From IMG/VR virus record IMGVR_UViG_3300013104_000002, positions 32,001-96,000 of that record: a stretch of 64,000 nt of DNA; one strand, given 5' to 3'. This DNA is from a virus. The translations under genes and the position numbers were made by a program. Under the pieces are notes generated by a model. That model searched no databases. It saw only the letters and a program-made list of their open reading frames with translations, and was not told where the DNA came from. Below are positions 8,844 through 18,686 of the stretch, piece after piece. Within the stretch, counting starts at the first letter, position 1; each line of letters starts with the position of its first letter.

Positions 8844-11537
8844 TTAAAGCTTATTTATTTCTTCGTCTATATTGTTTTTATTTACAAGGGCAGAGTATAG
8901 TAATTGATTAAGTACATATACTTGAGGGTACATTTCTATTGAATACTTCAAATCATATGAAAGCTTATCTGTACCTAAAAATGAATCTGATATTCTTTTA
9001 TTATTATTGTCTAGAACTTCTATTGCAAATTCATTTTTAAAACCAGAATTCGGATTAGGTTTTACAACTGTTTTTATTTGATATGCGTCTAAATTATTTA
9101 ACGCAGTATTTTTGTATATAGTTGCTTTTTCTTTTGATACTCCTGCTGCAACTAATCTATTTACAATCTCTTCAGACGCAAGCTCTTTTGTGGCTAATCT
9201 CCCTGGTTGAAAGTTGACAACCCCAAATGCTTTTTTAGCTGAAGCGGGGATGTAATTTTCTACTTTATAAGCCATAGTTTGTTGACCTGTTCTACTCGTA
9301 GAGTATGATGGAATTGAAACTTTTATTGGTGGTATTTTAGTATCTTTACTAGCTTGAATATAATTTTGATTTGATGTTGCGTCTAAATTAATGTAATTTG
9401 ATAGTTGATTATAAAGAGAACTAACTTTATTGACTTTATAGCTTAATGGATAGGATTTTGCATTTTTTCCTGTTCCTTCTGATTTTAATTGCTCTATAAA
9501 TACATCTTCACCTCTTTTTCGTATAGTTACATTTTGTTTAGGATCAAAATCAGACCCGCCTGTAACTTCATTACTTACAACGCTTTTTAAAACATTTTCC
9601 CTCACATCATCATCTATAATGTTAAATTGATTATATGCACTCATCATAACACCTTTAGAAGTCTTGCTTTGAATTGTTTTTTCTATCTCAGAACTAGCAT
9701 CTTTTTTTAAATCACTTACATTATATGCTCCTTTACTTATTTCTGATAAAATTTCTGAAAATTCTAATAGTTTTTCAGGGGAGCTTTGTAAAGTACTTTT
9801 TAGATTAGCCCAACCTCCATTACGTTTTACATACTCCTCTGCTTGAGCAGCTTCTTTCCAATCTTTGTCTGATGAAATTGGTCTTCCTACCATTGCATCG
9901 TAATAGTCAATTAGTTTTCCTGTCTTTTTACCTTCTATCATAGTTCTTAAAGAGTTGATATATGTATCAGGATTTTCATTAAACACTTTAGGTAGTGATT
10001 CTCTTCTTACAGTTAGTAACTCCTGTGATTTCTGTCTTTTTACTTCATTATTTTTATACATTTCAGGAGTTGTCTGTCCTGTTTTTTTAAATGATTCATA
10101 AACCGTGTTTGCTAGTGAATTATTTAAATTATTTGATGGATTTTTAAACCTGAATTGGTTTCCTACTACTTCAACACCTCTTAAATTTAATTCTGCCTTT
10201 ACAGTATTTACATCTTCATCTGTAGCTGTTTGCATGAAGTTACTAGCATCTTTTAGTATATTATTGTAAGCTCTATTATGCTCTTTAACTAATGTATCTT
10301 GTCCTGCATTTTCTGCCGAAATAGTTTCTGCTAATACGCTTTCCATTGGAGTGCTTGATATAACACTATTTCCTCCTACAGGATTTCCACTAGCATCTAC
10401 TCCTGCTTTTTTGAACTCCTTAAATTGATCTAATTCAAATTTCTTAGTATCTAAAGCTAATTTTTGTCTGTCAATGTCTAGTTTTTGATTTTCAAAATAA
10501 ACATCGTCCTTTTTATATTCTGTGCTCCATTCTGCTTGCGCTAATTGAGAAATACCGTTTAAGTAATTTTGTCTATCTAATGTAGAGGCTATTGTAGTGG
10601 TATCTAACTTAGATGAATCCATTGCTTTAAATGTATTAATAGATTCTGTTAATTCTGCTGACTTTCTTTTAGCCTCTTGCCTTTGATTATCAGAGTAAGA
10701 TGAATTATTTATTATAGCATCATTTACTTGCTTTTGGTTATTTAAATAATCTATTTTTTGAGCTTTATAGCTGTTATATTGAGCTTCTATTATAGGTCGA
10801 TTAGATTCTATGTTTATTCCTCCACTTTTTTGCCAAGCGTTTATCTTCATTTGCTGTACTTGTGGGGCAGTCATGGTAGACCCTAAGTACTGACTAATTT
10901 CCCAATCCTCTAACCCGTCTATTTCTTTACGTACTATCTGACCAGGGTTATTTGGATCGGGCATTTCCATAAACCTTTTACCTTTTATGTCTTTAATAGT
11001 TTTTAAAGCCTTTAAGTTTTCTTCTGTTACATCTACATACGGCTGATATTGCATAGCTCCTAATTTCTTAGTTTTTCCTTGCATATAATCGTAATAGCCT
11101 CCAGAATACATTCCATATTGATAATTAGCTGAGTTAGCTAATTCAGGATTCTTCTTTAGTATATTTTGATATTCTGTATCGTATGCTTGTTTGTTCTGGG
11201 TAGATGTTATAGCATCTTGGACAATCGGATCATCTACAATGCTAGTAATAGCTGTTAAAATACTATCCCGTGTACTGTTATAAGCAAGATTACCATTCTT
11301 CATTTTATAAGAATCAATAGCCGAAGTGACTTCCTTCATACGAGCCGAAATATACTCCTGATCTAATGGACGTAATGCTTGTAATTTAGAACTATAAGCT
11401 CCTAAAGTTTGTTGAATCAGAGCAGAATTTGCATCAAATTTATTTTGTAATGTACTAAGGGTTTTATCCACTACGTTAATGTCAACATTGCTTTGAGGCT
11501 GTTGTATTCTATATTCTTGACTTAAGTAATTACTCAT
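8844..11537 (-). CDS. Virion cargo/ejection protein (helical)
   Basis: 897 aa, mostly helical, follows the cargo-1-like gene and has its own promoter; assignment by crAss-like synteny. Confidence 0.6.
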   Translation of the reverse strand: MSNYLSQEYRIQQPQSNVDINVVDKTLSTLQNKFDANSALIQQTLGAYSSKLQALRPLDQEYISARMKEVTSAIDSYKMKNGNLAYNSTRDSILTAITSIVDDPIVQDAITSTQNKQAYDTEYQNILKKNPELANSANYQYGMYSGGYYDYMQGKTKKLGAMQYQPYVDVTEENLKALKTIKDIKGKRFMEMPDPNNPGQIVRKEIDGLEDWEISQYLGSTMTAPQVQQMKINAWQKSGGINIESNRPIIEAQYNSYKAQKIDYLNNQKQVNDAIINNSSYSDNQRQEAKRKSAELTESINTFKAMDSSKLDTTTIASTLDRQNYLNGISQLAQAEWSTEYKKDDVYFENQKLDIDRQKLALDTKKFELDQFKEFKKAGVDASGNPVGGNSVISSTPMESVLAETISAENAGQDTLVKEHNRAYNNILKDASNFMQTATDEDVNTVKAELNLRGVEVVGNQFRFKNPSNNLNNSLANTVYESFKKTGQTTPEMYKNNEVKRQKSQELLTVRRESLPKVFNENPDTYINSLRTMIEGKKTGKLIDYYDAMVGRPISSDKDWKEAAQAEEYVKRNGGWANLKSTLQSSPEKLLEFSEILSEISKGAYNVSDLKKDASSEIEKTIQSKTSKGVMMSAYNQFNIIDDDVRENVLKSVVSNEVTGGSDFDPKQNVTIRKRGEDVFIEQLKSEGTGKNAKSYPLSYKVNKVSSLYNQLSNYINLDATSNQNYIQASKDTKIPPIKVSIPSYSTSRTGQQTMAYKVENYIPASAKKAFGVVNFQPGRLATKELASEEIVNRLVAAGVSKEKATIYKNTALNNLDAYQIKTVVKPNPNSGFKNEFAIEVLDNNNKRISDSFLGTDKLSYDLKYSIEMYPQVYVLNQLLYSALVNKNNIDEEINKL

Positions 11538-11559
11538 TATTAATCTTTTTCTATTTATG

Positions 11560-11591
11560 CAAAAATAACACTTTATTTATTACTATGCAAA
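11560..11591 (-). promoter_or_regulatory. Bacteroidota-type promoter
   Basis: TTTG-N20-TATTTTTG. Confidence 0.8.
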
Positions 11592-11595
11592 TTTA

Positions 11596-14500
11596 TTATA
11601 TTATTTTTGTTCCTTGTAATCTACTTTTTGCAATTTGTGATTTCTTATAAGCGTCAATTTGCTCTGGAGTCATAGATAAATAAGCATTTTCGTTTAAACT
11701 TGGTAAAGCTAGATTTGTTTTCGGAGTGTTTATATACTGTAATCCTACTCCTGGTACGTATTGAAAGTTTTCATTTTGACTATTAATCATATTAATATTT
11801 TCAATATCTTTATAATTCTGCCTATTCTGCAAATTTTGTTCGTTATAGTACGAACGCCAATTATTCTCATAATTATTAAGACCTCCTAACACTTGCTGCT
11901 CATATTGCTGATTAAACTGAGAATTTGTTAAGTCTTCTTTTGAACGTTGCCCCAGATTATATTGATCAATTTGGGCTTGATTTTGTGCATTAAAACTTTC
12001 TATTTTGGATATTGCGTCATTAGAAGCCATTTGAGAAGAAGCTAATCCTTGTGAAAGTAGGGCTTCTTGTGCTTGAGGTGGTAATCCAGATGCTTGTACT
12101 CTTGCTACGTCAGTTCCTCTTTGTCTTTCCTGCTCGGCTAAATACGGCTCAACAGTCTGTTTGGTAGGATCTAACCTACCAAGAGTTATTTGCTCTTTAT
12201 ATAATGGATCAAGTGCTGACGGTGCTAAACGTAAATCATCAGGAAGAAGTGGTAAAACATTTTTTATAATGTTTCGTTGTTCTACAACAGGTTTACCATC
12301 AACTACTACTTTTTCTTCTACTTTAATTTCATCTCCATTTGCCTTTTTAAAATCATAAAGCGGTCTTGTTGAAGAGAATGCACCAAACTTCCCATCAAAT
12401 TGCTGAACTCCTCTTCCAGAGAAACCTACCTGATTTATAATGTTATTAGTTTCTGTCTTAGATATTCCTGCTTCTTCTGCTCTCTTTCTTAATTCTTTAT
12501 TATAAGCATTTTGAAATTTTAAAATCTCTGGTTGTTGCCCTTCTTTTTTAACTGCATCTCTGAAAGCTTGTTTTTTAGCTTCTGTGTCAAAATACCATTT
12601 ATGTAGGTTAATCGTATCTTCTACATTTCTCATTTGTGCACCATATCCTGTCCCTGTAAAAGGTTGGGTTTGCTCTACATTTTGAAGCATGTCTTGGTTT
12701 ACAATAGAATTTCCAGATACGTCGTATCCTGGAATTGTTGGAGTATATCTTGTAGAAAATGAGAATCCTGCTTGTGTTCCTTCCTGAGCCATAGGTACAT
12801 CCCCTTCTGCTGGTTGTTGTAATTGTTGCATTACTCCTTGCACCATTTGAGTGGCTGTATTTTGATCAATACCTTGAGAAACTAATTCTTTTAATACTTC
12901 TTCTGGTGATGATCCTTGTGATAATGCCTGAGCTATGAAATTCATTATTTGCTCTTGATCTGATGAGGTAGGTTGTTCAGGAGTGCCTCCCTCTTGCATA
13001 GCTAAAAGTTCTTGTGCACGTTCTTCTGAAATTCCATATTTTGCTGCAATATTTGATATCTCCCCCCCTTGTTGATAATTTTTTCCTTGTTGAGCGACTT
13101 CTTTACCGTTTTCGTCAAATATTTGAGTACCATCTCCTTTTTTTGGAATAGACTCTTGTATAGAAAATAAATCATCAAACACCATAGATTGAGGATTACT
13201 TAACATGTCAAGTTTTGCTTTACTTGTTTCTATTTCTTTAGATAGAGCTATTTCATTAAGTCTTCTCGTAGTTTCATCTTCTATGTTTGAATTTTTACCG
13301 AATTTTTCTATAAGCCCTGATAAAAAATCTGTCTCTTTTTGAATGCCTAGTTTTTTGTCATATTGTTTTTGAGCATCAGAAAAAGTAGCACCTTTTTTTA
13401 ATTTTAAGTCGTATCTTTCTTTAAGCTCTTTTATATTTTTAGCTGGTATTTTAGTATAATCCGATAGTACTTTATCTCCACCATCTAATCTTACATCTAC
13501 ACCCTCTCCAATCTTACCATTTTTAATGTGTTTTTCACCAACAACTTCCTGCACATTCCCAGTATCTGCTTTTTTAACAAACTCTCCTGATTCTACATTA
13601 TAATTAGGCATGACTTGATCAGTCAAGTATTTTCCTGTAAGAACGTCTGAATTTTTTATTTCACCACCTTGTTGCATAGCGGTAAAAGGATTATAATAAG
13701 AATTAATATAGTTATTATATTCTGGGTTACTTTTTAAAACATTCTCTATATCTAATACGTTTTTACCATATAACGGATTCTTTTTCATATCTATTCCTTC
13801 CTCTGGAATAGGAACTCCATATATTTTTTGCATATTAAAGCCGTGTTCGTTTTTTTCTGTGTTTGAAAAAACTTTACCCCGACCATTGTAAACTTGGATC
13901 TTATCTTCTTCTTTTTTTAGGTTAAGTCTATTAGCTGTATTCATTTTCTCTTGGTAAGCATCCACAAATCCCTGTGCATCCCCTGCATAGTTTAAAACTC
14001 TGCCTATATTACTGTCAGCCTTTCCCATACCTGTTTCTGCCATAGCAATTGCTGCCAACCTGTCTATATCTTCACGTGACATGCCTCTCCCTTTAGCTAT
14101 TTCTATTACTTCGTTAAAACGCTGTGTAGGATAATTACCTGTTATTAAATCTTTGTTTGGATTAATAGGTTTATTAGTTGTTGCTCTTTTTGTGCGGTTA
14201 TCTTTAATATGTATATTATCAGGCTTATTGAAAGTGTTGAAATCTTTTTTTTGCCCTGCTAAATCGAAATCTAACCAATAAGTACCTCCTTCTTGAGCGT
14301 ATTGATAGTTTATTTTAGGATTATAAATATCATTAAACTGTTCTTTTCTAACTCTGTCACTTTCTTTTCCTGAAGCGTATCCTGTTAGAAAACTTCTTGC
14401 TCCTTTTAATACGGATAACCCTGCTCCTAATCCTCCTTGGAAATTATTACCTGAACCAAATCCTTGACCAGCATAATTTAAACTGCTCTCTAAATCTACA

Positions 14501-14913
14501 CCACTATAAGGATTTACTATATTATAACGTGTAATATCATTATATTGAGGCTGATTTCCTGCGATTTGATTAGTTAATTGTTGCCTTTGTTGTTCTGTTA
14601 AGTTTAAATCTTGACCTGAGAATTGATATTGACTGTCTAAATAATTTGTAGCTGGTGTAGCAGATTGGGAAGTAAAAGGTGACCCATTGAAATCATATTG
14701 AGGTATTTCTGGCTTTCCTACATAAGGAGTTGATGTGAAATTATTTACTATTGACGGATAGGTCATAGCATAAGGACTTGGATATTGCCCCCCTTGTTGA
14801 GCTTTATTCCTGTCTTTTTCCATGCTATAAGCTATCGCCGCGGATTGAGCTGAACTATAGCCCTCTTCTTTTAATTTTTTTATCTTGTAACTTATGTATT
14901 CTTCTCTGTTCAT
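11596..14913 (-). CDS. Modular cargo protein (crAss cargo-1-like) with QxGG linkers and a lysozyme/transglycosylase-like module
   Basis: 1105 aa. Has NVESGE...GEKH...GVDV...KVLSD block seen in crAss cargo proteins, an AAIAMAETG lysozyme-fold helix, a Q/N-rich C-terminus and seven QxG(G) motifs. Confidence 0.7.
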   Translation of the reverse strand: MNREEYISYKIKKLKEEGYSSAQSAAIAYSMEKDRNKAQQGGQYPSPYAMTYPSIVNNFTSTPYVGKPEIPQYDFNGSPFTSQSATPATNYLDSQYQFSGQDLNLTEQQRQQLTNQIAGNQPQYNDITRYNIVNPYSGVDLESSLNYAGQGFGSGNNFQGGLGAGLSVLKGARSFLTGYASGKESDRVRKEQFNDIYNPKINYQYAQEGGTYWLDFDLAGQKKDFNTFNKPDNIHIKDNRTKRATTNKPINPNKDLITGNYPTQRFNEVIEIAKGRGMSREDIDRLAAIAMAETGMGKADSNIGRVLNYAGDAQGFVDAYQEKMNTANRLNLKKEEDKIQVYNGRGKVFSNTEKNEHGFNMQKIYGVPIPEEGIDMKKNPLYGKNVLDIENVLKSNPEYNNYINSYYNPFTAMQQGGEIKNSDVLTGKYLTDQVMPNYNVESGEFVKKADTGNVQEVVGEKHIKNGKIGEGVDVRLDGGDKVLSDYTKIPAKNIKELKERYDLKLKKGATFSDAQKQYDKKLGIQKETDFLSGLIEKFGKNSNIEDETTRRLNEIALSKEIETSKAKLDMLSNPQSMVFDDLFSIQESIPKKGDGTQIFDENGKEVAQQGKNYQQGGEISNIAAKYGISEERAQELLAMQEGGTPEQPTSSDQEQIMNFIAQALSQGSSPEEVLKELVSQGIDQNTATQMVQGVMQQLQQPAEGDVPMAQEGTQAGFSFSTRYTPTIPGYDVSGNSIVNQDMLQNVEQTQPFTGTGYGAQMRNVEDTINLHKWYFDTEAKKQAFRDAVKKEGQQPEILKFQNAYNKELRKRAEEAGISKTETNNIINQVGFSGRGVQQFDGKFGAFSSTRPLYDFKKANGDEIKVEEKVVVDGKPVVEQRNIIKNVLPLLPDDLRLAPSALDPLYKEQITLGRLDPTKQTVEPYLAEQERQRGTDVARVQASGLPPQAQEALLSQGLASSQMASNDAISKIESFNAQNQAQIDQYNLGQRSKEDLTNSQFNQQYEQQVLGGLNNYENNWRSYYNEQNLQNRQNYKDIENINMINSQNENFQYVPGVGLQYINTPKTNLALPSLNENAYLSMTPEQIDAYKKSQIAKSRLQGTKII

Positions 14914-14957
14914 TTTGATGATATTTCTTTTAAAAATGCTTTTTCGGCTTCTGTTAA
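14910..14957 (-). pseudogene. Orphaned C-terminal exon-like remnant (LTEAEKAFLKEISSK*) of the 16248-18683 gene
   Basis: In frame with the upstream gene once the 1299-nt insert is removed; resembles that gene's ITPSELAFLKEVKSS; ends in an ATGA overlap with the next gene. Confidence 0.75.
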
Positions 14958-16232
14958 TTATTTAAAAACACCGGTATATAAAAGTGTTGTTTTGTTTGTT
15001 CTCTTACCTGATAAGTAAGCTTTTATGGTATTGTAATTACTAAACCCTAGTTCTTTACATGCTATTTTTAGATTCTTATATGCAATACTCGTAGATGTGT
15101 CTATAACCTCTTTAAAAGTCCATTCAGTAACTTTTCCTTCTTGAGCTTTTCTCCTATTTTCTATCTGTTGTTTTGTTAGTGGTGCGCGTTTTTTACCCCT
15201 ATTACCATCCCCTATTGCTTTTTTATGCTCCTCTGTTAAAGGAACTCCTTTTCTTTTATTTTTTACATCTGATTTTTTATGTGGTAGTGGTTTCCATTCA
15301 TCATATTTTTTATCTATGTCTTTAAATATCCATTCCTTACTCACAAGTCTATAACCTTTATAATTTTCTACAGTATTTTTTTCTAGGAGATTTAATCCAT
15401 AACGTGTCAATGTACTATTTTTTGTAAAATTTGTTATTGAAGTAAATTTATATAATTGATTATTATAGGATACTGTGTACATGAAACCATTTTGAATTTT
15501 ACTTGCCTCTATTTCAATATAGTCTTTATATTCGTCTTCATAGCAACACCACCATCTATTATCATACAAGCACTTATATTTTTTAAGAACCGAGTATAAC
15601 ATATTATTTGTTGTTTTTTCATTTTTTATTATAGACTTAGGTAAATTATTTTTACACCATATATGTAAATCATAAGTCTTATATGATAAATTATTTATTA
15701 AATCAAAAATTAAAATACTTCTCGCCCTATCATTTTTTAAACGGTATCCTTGACTCGTTTGTTGATAACCGAGTAGTAATTTATATATACTTGAATCATC
15801 TAAATTCTTATTTCTACAAAATTCTTTAATATTTTCACCTGTATGTATATTACCTTCAAAATCTATTAATTCAAAAGACTTTATAGATGCTATATTAAAA
15901 CCTCCCACTCCACCTATCGCAGTGTTATAATTATTCTTTCTTTTTATGTATTCTAAATTAACTGTGTTTTTCTCTACTTCTAAAGCTTCTTCATATGTGT
16001 CAAAAAATTGTAATACTTCTTTTATAAAATTATCGTATCCATATTTTAAAACGGCTTTTACAAAAGCAGATTTACAAGTCTTATTTATATTTTTTGCACC
16101 ATTTTGACTATAAACTCCACATCCTATGTAACCATCATTTATCTTATTTGTTTTATGAACCCCTATGTATTCTTTACCATTAATTATATTTATTGTTTTA
16201 TAAATGTAATTATAGGTCTTACTCTCTGTCAT
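14958..16232 (-). mobile_element. Free-standing GIY-YIG (Seg-like) homing endonuclease with NUMOD-type DNA-binding repeats
   Basis: YIYKTINIINGKEYIGVH...EEALEVE...YNTAIGG; C-terminal LTEEHKKAIG (NUMOD3-like) and NUMOD1-like HTH; flanked by TTAA repeats. Confidence 0.9.
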
Positions 16233-16247
16233 ATTCTTATTAGTTTT

Positions 16248-18683
16248 CTAACTTAATGGATATTCTGTAAATTTTGTAGCATTAGGGAAAGTATATTGTC
16301 CTGTATTTGCCTTTATTATTTTTGGCTCTCCTTTATCAGGTACTACATATAAATCTATATTCCCATAACCCTCGGTTGACATTACATTACCTTGTATTTC
16401 CGTAATTTTATTTGGAAACAATCTCTGTCCTTGGTTATTTTTTATTGTTGAACTTTTTACCTCCTTTAAAAATGCTAATTCTGATGGAGTTATCTCTCCT
16501 AAATTTATCCATTGATCTCTATCTTTGTTTATCGTAATTTTTTTTCCTTCCTGCGCGTAAGTATTACTATCTGTAGAATTGTAAGCAGTTTTGTTTAATA
16601 AGTTTAATAACTGATCTTTAGAGAAATGTTTTAAATTATAATCCTCTAAATTATAAGTTTCTACGTCTTGTGGAGTTATTACTTGATCTGGTTTCAGTTG
16701 ATAATTATATCTTAATCTGTTTAATTCTGCCTGATTTTCATCTATATCTCCTCTATAATTATTCAAACCTTGTATATTTTGAAGTTCTTGCGAAAAAGGT
16801 TCTTTAATATATTTATTATAAGTTGATGGATCTACATATTTTTGAAATCTATGGCTAAACTCATGTACTGGTATTCCTTGTTTATTTTGAAAATTATTAT
16901 CTAATAAAAGTCTGTCTGATACTCTGTCGTATTCTCCTAAAGTTGTTTCTCCTTCATTTTTACCATAATTTAAATCATCTACATAGATATCTGATGAAAA
17001 TGGTATTTGTGTTCCAGTGTTTATTTTAACACCGTCTACAACTCTATTTTGATTCCAATTATTTAACCATTTCCTTTGATTTTCTACTTCTAAAGTCTGA
17101 TCTGGAGTTAGGTTTCCAATTGTACCTCCTTGCTGAGCATAATTATTATATGTTTTAGAACTATCTGCTATATTATTCATTAACCAAATTATATCATCAT
17201 CTGTATAATTTTTCTGAAGTCTTGATTTTATAAATTCAGAATTTTTTAATTTATTTAAATGACCTTGATTAAATTTACCATCAGTTCGTGTATCATAAAT
17301 TCCATTTTTATACATTAGATATCTTAAAGCATCTATATCTGCTTTATTTTCTATTGGTTGAAAATCATGATCCATTTTGTTGTAAACTTTATTTTTTACA
17401 ATACCCTCTAAATCTTGTTTTCTAAAATCATCGTCTAATTGAAACTGTCTTTGTCTACCGAAAAGTTCTAAATTATCTTTATAGTTTAAATTTACTCCTG
17501 ATTGTAAAGCGTGACTAAGTTCATGCGCTCTAACAGCTTCTGTACTAGGATTAGGTTTAATTCTTTGTTTATCTATAGTAGGGTTTAATGTTAATTTATT
17601 ATCTGAAGGTGAATATCTAGATCCTTTATTTGCATCTGGAAATCCTTGAAATTCTCTATATAACTCTTGAAAATAATTATCATTTGGATTTTGTATATAT
17701 TCCTTAACTGTTTTTAGTTTATTTAGTCTGTATTTTACGACTTCTTGTGGATTTTCATATCCTTGCTGTCTTAGTCTTTCTAAATAAACTGGAGAATTTA
17801 AATAAGATTCTAAATAAGCTTTTGGATCAATATTTTTATCCTTTATTATATCTGGCTCTAGATTAGGGATGTTATCTTTAATAACCCCTCCTTGTTGCGC
17901 TATTTGAGTATCTATAAAATTACTAACTTGATTATATATTCCTGTTAAATCTGGTACTTCTGTTTGTACAATGGGCTGTTCTTGAGGTATTGGTTGTTGT
18001 GAAATAGGTTGATTAATCAAATTTTGGTAATCTTTCAAAAAATTGTACTCATTAGTTTGCTTTTTTACTTCTTCAATATCCTCATCCTTTTTATCAGGCT
18101 GTTCTTCTTTAATTTCTTCTGCTAAATTAGTGTTATCTGCTGAAATATCAAAATCTTTGACAGTGGTTGTTGGTAAGTTATCAAAATAAGAATTAGTTTC
18201 AGCAATTACTCTATCTGATATGGGTGTTGAAGCCATTCCTGAAAATGAAGAGTATATCTTGTTGACTTTTTTCTGCCTTTCTGGATTATTTTTGTACTTT
18301 TTGGCAGGAATCTCATATAAATCTGAAAACACTTGTCCAGCTTGATAAGCAGTAGTAGCATTCTTCAATCCTAAATTAGCTTTTTGATGGGTTGTTTCTA
18401 GTTCATGTCTAACAAAATCTAATTGATTTCCAAAATCAGTCCACTTATCCCCATATCTTTTCTTAAGGTCTTGTAATCTTTTTCCTCTAAATTGAGCTAT
18501 ACCAAATGACGAGCCTCCTCGGTATCCAATATCTCCCTCGGCTGATGTATTTAATCCACTCTCGTACACTAGATTTCCTACTATACCTGCTGTAGCTTCT
18601 GGGGAATAACCTTGAGAAATAAAATAATCATAAGCTATTTTTTCCTTTTCTCTTTGTTTTTGATAAGATTTAACTGTTGGCAT
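16248..18683 (-). CDS. Modular virion protein: phage tail lysozyme (Phage_lysozyme2-like) plus two zincin-like HExxH modules
   Basis: N-terminal AGIVGNLVYESGLN...SFGIAQF...QLDFVRHEL; HELSH and HEFSH modules each with a downstream ExxA; AQQGG linkers. Confidence 0.8.
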   Translation of the reverse strand: MPTVKSYQKQREKEKIAYDYFISQGYSPEATAGIVGNLVYESGLNTSAEGDIGYRGGSSFGIAQFRGKRLQDLKKRYGDKWTDFGNQLDFVRHELETTHQKANLGLKNATTAYQAGQVFSDLYEIPAKKYKNNPERQKKVNKIYSSFSGMASTPISDRVIAETNSYFDNLPTTTVKDFDISADNTNLAEEIKEEQPDKKDEDIEEVKKQTNEYNFLKDYQNLINQPISQQPIPQEQPIVQTEVPDLTGIYNQVSNFIDTQIAQQGGVIKDNIPNLEPDIIKDKNIDPKAYLESYLNSPVYLERLRQQGYENPQEVVKYRLNKLKTVKEYIQNPNDNYFQELYREFQGFPDANKGSRYSPSDNKLTLNPTIDKQRIKPNPSTEAVRAHELSHALQSGVNLNYKDNLELFGRQRQFQLDDDFRKQDLEGIVKNKVYNKMDHDFQPIENKADIDALRYLMYKNGIYDTRTDGKFNQGHLNKLKNSEFIKSRLQKNYTDDDIIWLMNNIADSSKTYNNYAQQGGTIGNLTPDQTLEVENQRKWLNNWNQNRVVDGVKINTGTQIPFSSDIYVDDLNYGKNEGETTLGEYDRVSDRLLLDNNFQNKQGIPVHEFSHRFQKYVDPSTYNKYIKEPFSQELQNIQGLNNYRGDIDENQAELNRLRYNYQLKPDQVITPQDVETYNLEDYNLKHFSKDQLLNLLNKTAYNSTDSNTYAQEGKKITINKDRDQWINLGEITPSELAFLKEVKSSTIKNNQGQRLFPNKITEIQGNVMSTEGYGNIDLYVVPDKGEPKIIKANTGQYTFPNATKFTEYPLS

Positions 18684-18686
18684 AAT

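Noticed and set aside
1591-11537. Virion RNA polymerase catalytic subunit
   Set aside because: No DxDxD metal-binding motif of the crAss virion RNAP type in these translations; it may lie beyond the left edge.
14958-16256. Group I intron carrying the GIY-YIG gene
   Set aside because: Almost no non-coding sequence around the ORF and no recognisable P7 (R/S) elements; treated as an intronless insertion.
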